From positions 4,999 to 68,998 of the forward strand of contig JBDRYB010000003.1 of NCBI GenBank assembly GCA_039803205.1: a stretch of 64,000 bases of DNA, in the 5' to 3' direction. How positions within the stretch are numbered: position 1 is the stretch's first letter; every line of letters starts with the position of its first letter. The notes under the pieces were generated by a model. That model was given only the letters and a program-made list of their open reading frames with translations, was not told where the DNA came from and did not search any database. Shown here piece by piece: positions 57,978 through 64,000 of this stretch. The position numbers were made by a program, and so were the translations under genes. This DNA is from a candidate division WOR-3 bacterium (GTDB taxonomy: Bacteria; Hydrothermota; Hydrothermia; JBDRYB01).

Positions 57978-59492
57978 TCATCTTACCACTGCCTTTCCTT
58001 TATATGGCCCCGCTTGCCACAGATAGACGCCGGGATCAAGGGGGATGCGGGTTTGGCCCTTCTTGAGCTCCCCGGAGTAAGCGAGACGGCCATCGGCTCC
58101 GTATATCCTTAAATCAATATCTTCCCATAGGCTAAAAAGAAGGCCTCCGGAAACAAGAGAACAGGTTATCCTGTCTTTCAACACTGCGGCCTCGTTTTCT
58201 CGTGCGTCAAGGGGGGCACAGAGATCTGTCACAATGAGTGTGGGCGCAGTTATTACTGGGCTTGCAGCTCCCATGGACGGGATATAATTCACTCCCACAG
58301 AACGGGAAGAAGTGTTCGGAGACCAGGCATTGATAGAGGGCGAACAAGAGCTCACACATCCAGGATAATCCCCATTACCGTCCACCTTTAGGAGGAGAAA
58401 TCCTTGATCAACATACCCCATAATAGCAAGATCCCCATCCTGGGTTGGAATTATGCAATTAGCGCCATCATCGCTTGATGTCCCAAAGGTTCTGGCTCCC
58501 AAAAGGTTTCCAGAAGCATCCAGCTTGACAACGAAGAAATCCTCACCACCTATACCAAAACTCTTCGTACCTCCAGCGATCACGAGATCGCCATCCTGAG
58601 TCTGCATTATAGATCTCCCGTCATCGTCGTTCACGCCACCTATGGTTTTGGCCCAAGAAAGAGAACCATCCGAAGCTAGTTTGAGCACGAAGAGATCATG
58701 CCCTCCAACACCGGAGCTCTGTGTATGTCCTGTGATTACAAAGCCGCCGTCAAAGGTCTGGATTATAGCTGTGGGACAACCTGGCTCTTCATCGCTTGAA
58801 CCCCCAAAGGTCCTAGCCCATATGGGAGAACCATTTGAGTTCAACCTGAGTATAAGTAAATCACTGCCGCCCACGGTAAAACTTCTTGTCCATCCTGCGA
58901 CCGCAAAACCGCCATCTGTTGTTTGAACTATGGAGTGGGCTATGTCTTGATTTGTTCCCCCATAGGTCCAGGCCCACATAAAGTTCCCATTCGCATCCGT
59001 CTTGAGCACAAAGAAATCGTAACTCCCAGCGCCGGAACTGGAAGTGAATCCAGCCACCACAAGACCGTTGTCCGCAGTTAAGACTGCAGAGTGAGCCTGA
59101 TCATATCCGTCTCCGCCGAAGGTCTTATACCACTGAAGGTCGCCGCTGGAATTAAACTTGGAAATAAAGAGGTTCTCATCTCCAAAGCTATATGTCTCGC
59201 CCACGATCGCGAACCCGTTGTCACTGGTCTGAACTATGCAGTGACTGTGATCGAATCTGGTCCCTTGTATTACCTGGGCCCAAGTTATGTTTCCGGATGG
59301 GTTCATTTTGAACACTAGGCAATCCGTACCATCTCCAAGCCCAAGATCAATCGGTCTCGTAACCAAGTAGCCACCATCAGTGGTTTGGATGACAGAGCCT
59401 GCGTAGTATTCAATGCCCGTCATGTCTTCTACAGACCTAGCGAACTTACCCTGCGCCAAGAGCGCGCTTGTGGTGATAAAAAAGCATGTCAT
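57978..59492 (-). CDS. SBBP-like repeat protein with T9SS-type C-terminal domain (array member)
   Basis: Repeats TFGG...DGGFxIxGxTxSxG.GGxDxFVxKL; C-terminal IPLDPGVYLWQAGPYKGKAVVR. Confidence 0.65.
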   Translation of the reverse strand: MTCFFITTSALLAQGKFARSVEDMTGIEYYAGSVIQTTDGGYLVTRPIDLGLGDGTDCLVFKMNPSGNITWAQVIQGTRFDHSHCIVQTSDNGFAIVGETYSFGDENLFISKFNSSGDLQWYKTFGGDGYDQAHSAVLTADNGLVVAGFTSSSGAGSYDFFVLKTDANGNFMWAWTYGGTNQDIAHSIVQTTDGGFAVAGWTRSFTVGGSDLLILRLNSNGSPIWARTFGGSSDEEPGCPTAIIQTFDGGFVITGHTQSSGVGGHDLFVLKLASDGSLSWAKTIGGVNDDDGRSIMQTQDGDLVIAGGTKSFGIGGEDFFVVKLDASGNLLGARTFGTSSDDGANCIIPTQDGDLAIMGYVDQGFLLLKVDGNGDYPGCVSSCSPSINAWSPNTSSRSVGVNYIPSMGAASPVITAPTLIVTDLCAPLDARENEAAVLKDRITCSLVSGGLLFSLWEDIDLRIYGADGRLAYSGELKKGQTRIPLDPGVYLWQAGPYKGKAVVR

Positions 59493-59532
59493 GATGAAAC
59501 CTCCGTATGGTTTTTGTTTTCAAGGCAAATGT

Positions 59533-59579
59533 GGGCCGGCCGGGTTTTAACGGGAGGTGCAGAGATTCCCGACCGGCCC
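59533..59579 (-). terminator. Conserved intergenic GC hairpin element (copy 2)
   Basis: gggccggccggg ... cccgaccggccc, with one mismatch relative to the other copies. Confidence 0.45.
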
Positions 59580-59586
59580 TTGGTTT

Positions 59587-61113
59587 TCATCTCACAACCG
59601 CCTTTCCTTTATATGGCCCTGCCTGCCATAGATAGACGCCAGAATCAAGGGGGATGCGGGTCTGACCTTTTTCCAGGTTATCTGAGATGGCCACGCGGCC
59701 ATCGGCCGAGTAGAGCTTTATGGGCAGGGCCTCGTTGGATACGAAGAGAACACCACCGGTGACCGGCGAACAGGTTATCCAGCCATGAGAGCCAGGATTG
59801 ATCTCCTCAACATGCTCGTAAAGGGGCTGGCAGACATCGGTTACTGTCGGCGCGGAAGCCGTAGTGATGAAATCCAGGTTTGTGGTGGTATGAGTCCAAG
59901 CGGGAGCAGAGATACTGAGATCTGGCGTCAGAAAATCGGGGGTCCCCAGGGGCGGCACCTGATCAACTACACAGTCGGAATAATCCCCGTTTCCGTCCAT
60001 CTTCAGAAAAGCAATATCATGCTCTCCGACGGGAATGTTGAATGTGTTTCCCGCGACCGCGAACCCCCCGTCCGGTGTCAGAATTATGGACTGGGCGTGG
60101 TCATCAACAGTCGCGTTGAAAGTCCTGGACCACAGGACGCCACCGGTTACATTGTCCATTTTCATGATCAGGAAATCATTGTTCATGGTTCTTGTGTGCC
60201 CTGCGGCCACGAGTCCCCCGTCCGAGGTCTGGACTATGGATGTGGCGTAATCGTGTATGCCTGTCGCTACCGTTGCCCAGGAGAGATCACCGTCGGAATC
60301 TGTTTTCATGACCATAAACATCGGCAGATCCCCCACGAAATTGCCTACTTCCGTTATGCCAGCGACCGTAAAACCCCCATCAGAGGTCTGGATTATGAAG
60401 TTGCCCTGATCAGCCCAGGTGTGAAGTCCGCCAACCATCCCAAAAAAGAACCTCGTCCAGAGGACAGACCCATCCGGATTCAGCCTAAGGATAGGGATGG
60501 CATTATCGCTGTATATCGCGTCTTCATAGATCACCCCCGTGATAGCATATCCGCCATCGCTTGTTTGAACTATGGAATAGGCCTCTCCTAACCATCCCGG
60601 CCCATAATAATATCTTGCCCAGTTCGTATTTCCATCAGCGTCAAGCCTGAGGGCAATCAGGTTATTACCCCATGCCCCTATGGCATAGCCTCCGTCCGTG
60701 GTTCTGATTATGGAGCGCCCCTCCTCGTAGGTCGCTCCTGCTCCATAGGTCTTTGCCCAGGATAGGTCTCCGTCAGGTTCCAGCTTGAGAACCAATATGT
60801 TCCTTCTTGGGCCAGCATAACGCGTGGTGCCTCCGGTGACGACAAACCCGCCATCTGTCGCCTGGACTATGGAATATCCCACATCAACGCTTGTGTCGCC
60901 GTATGCCTTGGCCCACACGAGGTTCCCGTTCGGATCCAGCCTGATGACCAAGACATCATCTCCACCAGCGCCAAACGCCTGCGTGGTTCCGGCGAGCGCG
61001 AACCCGCCGTCCGTGGTCTGGACCACGGAGTAGATGTAGTCATCGCCTGTCCATCCATAGGTCTTCGCGAAAAGGTTCTGCGAGACCAGCACAGATACTA
61101 TTAAGGTGTTCAT
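59587..61113 (-). CDS. SBBP-like repeat protein with T9SS-type C-terminal domain (array member)
   Basis: MNTLIVSVLVSQNLFAKTYGWT N-terminus, near-identical at the nucleotide level to the 53284 gene 5' end; C-terminal tail conserved. Confidence 0.65.
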   Translation of the reverse strand: MNTLIVSVLVSQNLFAKTYGWTGDDYIYSVVQTTDGGFALAGTTQAFGAGGDDVLVIRLDPNGNLVWAKAYGDTSVDVGYSIVQATDGGFVVTGGTTRYAGPRRNILVLKLEPDGDLSWAKTYGAGATYEEGRSIIRTTDGGYAIGAWGNNLIALRLDADGNTNWARYYYGPGWLGEAYSIVQTSDGGYAITGVIYEDAIYSDNAIPILRLNPDGSVLWTRFFFGMVGGLHTWADQGNFIIQTSDGGFTVAGITEVGNFVGDLPMFMVMKTDSDGDLSWATVATGIHDYATSIVQTSDGGLVAAGHTRTMNNDFLIMKMDNVTGGVLWSRTFNATVDDHAQSIILTPDGGFAVAGNTFNIPVGEHDIAFLKMDGNGDYSDCVVDQVPPLGTPDFLTPDLSISAPAWTHTTTNLDFITTASAPTVTDVCQPLYEHVEEINPGSHGWITCSPVTGGVLFVSNEALPIKLYSADGRVAISDNLEKGQTRIPLDSGVYLWQAGPYKGKAVVR

Positions 61114-61154
61114 GTTAAAGCCTCCGTATGGTTTTTGTTTTCAAACAAAATGCA

Positions 61155-61200
61155 GGCCGGCCGGGTTTTAACGGGAGGTGCAGAGATCCCCGGCCGGCCC
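61155..61200 (-). terminator. Conserved intergenic GC hairpin element (copy 3)
   Basis: Identical stem to copy 1. Confidence 0.45.
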
Positions 61201-61207
61201 TTTGTTT

Positions 61208-63331
61208 TCATCTCACAACCGCCTTTCCTTTATATGGTCCCGCTTGCCAGAGATAGACGCCAGGATCAAGGGGGATGCGGGTTTGGCTAGGTCCTAGGAG
61301 TCCGGAGAAAAATAACCTGCCATCAGGGAGATATAGTCTAAGGAGGCTCTCTTTTTCGGAGGCAAAGATTAGCCCACCGGATACAGGAATACAAGTTATC
61401 CCTCCGGGGTGGTTATACGGATCATCTTGATAGTAATCCATCGGGGAGCATATACTTAAGGTGCTTAGACTAACAGAAGTCATAGAGGGTGCTATCGTGA
61501 CGACATATGGTGTGTATGACTTTCCTGTGTTAACATTCTCATCTACGACAGGTATATTTGTGAGGGTAGCCTGTTGCCAGTCCATAATACAGCCCGCGTA
61601 ATCCTGACTCGCATTTACCTTTAGTACGAGCAGGTCGTAGCTAGAGGCATAGCTATTAGAGTATCCCAGAACAGCAAATCCTCCGTCGTCGGTTATAGAT
61701 ATACTCAAGGATATGTCCGAGTTTGCCCCACCAAGCTTTTTGACCCATAGGAGGTTGCCGCCGCCGTCGATCTTAATTATGAAGATGTCATCGCTAAGAC
61801 CCGAGAAAGAGCCAGTTACTATAAGATTGTCACCGTCTACACTAGTAGACCCATACACATTGGTAGCAGAGAGATATTTTGCCCAGATGGGGTCACCCAC
61901 GGCATTCGTTCTAAGTATAACCACATAAGGGCTTCCGGTATTCATCTCGCCGGTAAATATGTATCCCCCATCCGGCATCTGAGCTATATCCACCACGCCC
62001 TCTTGGTATGAGCCAAAATCATAAGTTTTTATCCATTCGGTAGCGCCAGATGAGCTAAGCTTAACCACGAAGAAGTTCCAGGGGTTCGAACCGAAATATC
62101 TCGTATATCCTCCGAGGATATAACCCCCGTCGCTTGTTTGCCTTATTCTCCATAGTCCATCGTGATTGCTTGATCCGAAGGCCCGAGCCCATTCTATATT
62201 GCTGTTTTGATCCGGCTTGTAGATAGCTCCATCCCAGCATCCGTAGCCCCAATCATCGGACCACACAGAACCGCCATCGCTGGTAAGGATAAGCGAGTTG
62301 CCGTTGCTTCCGCCCGTTGGCCCGAATACCTTTTTGCTCCATATGTGGTTCCCGGAAAGATCGTAACGGAAAAGCCAAGCATCCCATGTGCTCGTTGAAG
62401 TGTTCCAGAGATAACCGGCCGCTGTAAGATTTCCGTCAGAGGTTTGCACGATCCCCCTCACATAGTCCGCGCCAGCCGCGCCAAGAACCCTTGTCCAGAT
62501 TTGATTTCCTGAGGCGTCAAACCTGGAGATCATTGCGTCGCCGTTTCCGACGCCCCAGCTATCGGTTCTGCATCCTACCACAAAGCCATCGTCTGATGTC
62601 CGAGTTACATTTGGAAAGATGTAGTCATCGTTTGGGCCCCCTATTGTTCTGTTCCAGAGCAGATTACCAGATTTGTCAAACCTGCAGATGAGGGTTTCCC
62701 AGCCTCCCGCACCTACTCCGGTTATACTACCGACAGCAACTACCCCGCTATCGGGTGTTGCTGCTATTCCGCGTCCTTCAGCTGCTTGGCCCGATAGGCC
62801 TATACATCTCGTCCATTGATGGTTCCCTGCCGAGTCAAGCTTTACAACTATAAGGCTACTGAAGGTACTGGGACCAAAGCTCCACGAGCTCCCGACTATA
62901 GCAAAGCCATTATCGGCGGTTTTGATAATGCCACCCGCTTCATCAGCGTTAGTGCCTCCAATTGTTTTTGCCCAAAGAAGATTCCCGTTGGGATCAAGCT
63001 TGGCTATCAGAATATCGCGGTTGCCAGCACCCCATAAGGATGTGTAAGCGGTCACCGCAAAGCCGCCATCGGATGCTAGGGTCATGTATGAGCCCCAATC
63101 ATTTGGGCCACCCTCTATCATCCTGCTCCAAATATGATTTCCCAGGCTGTCAAACCTAGAGACTATGGAGCCATAGCCAAAGCTTATTGCGTGTCCGGAT
63201 AAGGCGTAACCATTGTCAGGGGTCTGGACGACCGAGAATGCCCTATCGTAATTTGTCCCCCCGAGAACACTGATGAAGTTAACCTGTTGCGCTTGGCTTA
63301 TCCCCGTAATGAACAGCATAACCTTTTTCAT
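61208..63331 (-). CDS. Large SBBP-like repeat protein (707 aa) with T9SS-type C-terminal domain (array member)
   Basis: About 12 repeats (GGxxxDxxxxIxxTxDGGxxxxGxTxSxG); C-terminal IPLDPGVYLWQAGPYKGKAVVR. Confidence 0.6.
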   Translation of the reverse strand: MKKVMLFITGISQAQQVNFISVLGGTNYDRAFSVVQTPDNGYALSGHAISFGYGSIVSRFDSLGNHIWSRMIEGGPNDWGSYMTLASDGGFAVTAYTSLWGAGNRDILIAKLDPNGNLLWAKTIGGTNADEAGGIIKTADNGFAIVGSSWSFGPSTFSSLIVVKLDSAGNHQWTRCIGLSGQAAEGRGIAATPDSGVVAVGSITGVGAGGWETLICRFDKSGNLLWNRTIGGPNDDYIFPNVTRTSDDGFVVGCRTDSWGVGNGDAMISRFDASGNQIWTRVLGAAGADYVRGIVQTSDGNLTAAGYLWNTSTSTWDAWLFRYDLSGNHIWSKKVFGPTGGSNGNSLILTSDGGSVWSDDWGYGCWDGAIYKPDQNSNIEWARAFGSSNHDGLWRIRQTSDGGYILGGYTRYFGSNPWNFFVVKLSSSGATEWIKTYDFGSYQEGVVDIAQMPDGGYIFTGEMNTGSPYVVILRTNAVGDPIWAKYLSATNVYGSTSVDGDNLIVTGSFSGLSDDIFIIKIDGGGNLLWVKKLGGANSDISLSISITDDGGFAVLGYSNSYASSYDLLVLKVNASQDYAGCIMDWQQATLTNIPVVDENVNTGKSYTPYVVTIAPSMTSVSLSTLSICSPMDYYQDDPYNHPGGITCIPVSGGLIFASEKESLLRLYLPDGRLFFSGLLGPSQTRIPLDPGVYLWQAGPYKGKAVVR

Positions 63332-63348
63332 ATTAGAACCTTTGAAAC

Positions 63349-64000
63349 CTACTTGCTTAAGGTGAAGCTTACTTTAAGTCTCTTGTTCTCATGCTCCACC
63401 AGGGCAACATAAAGCCCCTTTCTCAGCTCGAGGCTCAGCAAGTTCTCTCCCGGCGAAAGCCTCGTTTCCTTTGAGATAACTAGACAGCCAACGGGGTCAT
63501 ATATCCTTATCCTGGCTTCGCCGCCCCTCTGTGAAACAACATGAAGGTTGTTCCCAGAGAACCAAGCCTTTGGCCCGGATTCCAACTGAGGAGTCTCTTC
63601 TGATTCTTCGTAAACTGGCCCACAGCCGGCTCCCGGTGCGTCTATGATCCACAGGTTTCTATTTGTTCCTGGGCCAGCCAGGGTTATCTCAGAACACCCG
63701 TCCCCATCCGTATCCCCTATGGTCACATCATGCCCATCAGAACAGTAGGGAGCCTCAACCTTCCACTGCTTCGCGCCGCTTTCCCCAGCGAGGCAATACA
63801 CCCACCCCGGATATGTCTGAGCGATGACCTCCCAGCGTCCGTCGCCATCAATATCCGCAATAGCAACGCCCCTGTGGACATCTCCGGCCAGGGTATCCGA
63901 GCGCCAGATCACATTGCCATCATATCCCCTGAAGCAGTGAACGCGATCATAGAGGTCTGGAGCAGTGCTTGCTGATCCGCCTGACCCTATAACAACATCG
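63349..64000 (-). CDS. FG-GAP/VCBS-like repeat protein with T9SS-type C-terminal domain (5' end runs off window)
   Basis: IADIDGDGRWEV and GDTDGDGCSEI FG-GAP-like loops; the reading frame stays open upstream of the annotated GTG to the window edge (DVVIGSGGS...). Confidence 0.5.
   Translation of the reverse strand, partial: DVVIGSGGSASTAPDLYDRVHCFRGYDGNVIWRSDTLAGDVHRGVAIADIDGDGRWEVIAQTYPGWVYCLAGESGAKQWKVEAPYCSDGHDVTIGDTDGDGCSEITLAGPGTNRNLWIIDAPGAGCGPVYEESEETPQLESGPKAWFSGNNLHVVSQRGGEARIRIYDPVGCLVISKETRLSPGENLLSLELRKGLYVALVEHENKRLKVSFTLSK

Noticed and set aside
56165-61207. Possible CRISPR or other short-repeat array suggested by recurring GC-rich intergenic sequence
   Set aside because: The repeats are about 95 nt, separated by ~1.4-2.1 kb protein-coding genes, and are part of duplicated gene units, so they are not CRISPR repeats.

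Overview
This 64 kb window is bacterial: it carries mfd, holB, coaE, lipA, tadA, trmFO and a Fur-family regulator. GC content looks to be roughly 55-60%, and coding density is high on both strands. The predicted secreted proteins here nearly all end in a conserved ~20-aa tail of the Por/T9SS C-terminal sorting type (for example ...GVYLWQAGPYKGKAVVR), so the source is probably a T9SS-bearing FCB-group-like or candidate-phylum lineage. I found no rRNA, tRNA or CRISPR.

The window falls into four parts:
- 0-8 kb, housekeeping genes: a NYN/YacP-like protein, an RCK-domain ion channel, pstC-pstA without pstS or pstB, a NodU/CmcH-type carbamoyltransferase, and lipA.
- 8.5-15.8 kb, a six-gene + strand operon. 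Three tandem, translationally coupled zinc-ribbon proteins are followed by two tandem paralogous GT-C (PMT_2/ArnT-like) glycosyltransferases and an SF1 Upf1/DNA2-like helicase. This is the best candidate here for an undescribed system.
- 15.9-52.8 kb, mixed. Housekeeping genes include fur, coaE, mtnP, an M20 peptidase, DAHP synthase, holB, tadA, trmFO, an SdhE-like factor, mfd, mazG and an NfeD protease. There is a glycan-type cluster (a TPR protein, GT4, a fused ADH + Gfo/Idh/MocA oxidoreductase, an OMP, and a separate GT2 Dpm1/ArnC-like gene). There is an orphan HK97-type phage portal gene. Many T9SS-tail cargo genes sit here: LVIVD, BNR, PD40 and FG-GAP beta-propeller proteins, two tandem HExxH metalloproteases, and a CPHC thioredoxin-like protein. 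A NapC/NirT-type tetraheme cytochrome and a TlpA-like thioredoxin are adjacent.
- 53-63.3 kb, a multigene array of six SBBP-like beta-propeller repeat proteins plus one novel-repeat protein. Their 5' and 3' ends are nearly identical at the nucleotide level, a conserved hairpin-plus-Shine-Dalgarno (SD, ribosome-binding site) element sits between genes, and a frameshifted relic of another copy's 3' end lies upstream. A TPR/winged-helix regulator is divergent from the array.

Many genes start with TTG or GTG placed 5-9 nt downstream of a TATAAT box, which suggests leaderless transcripts.
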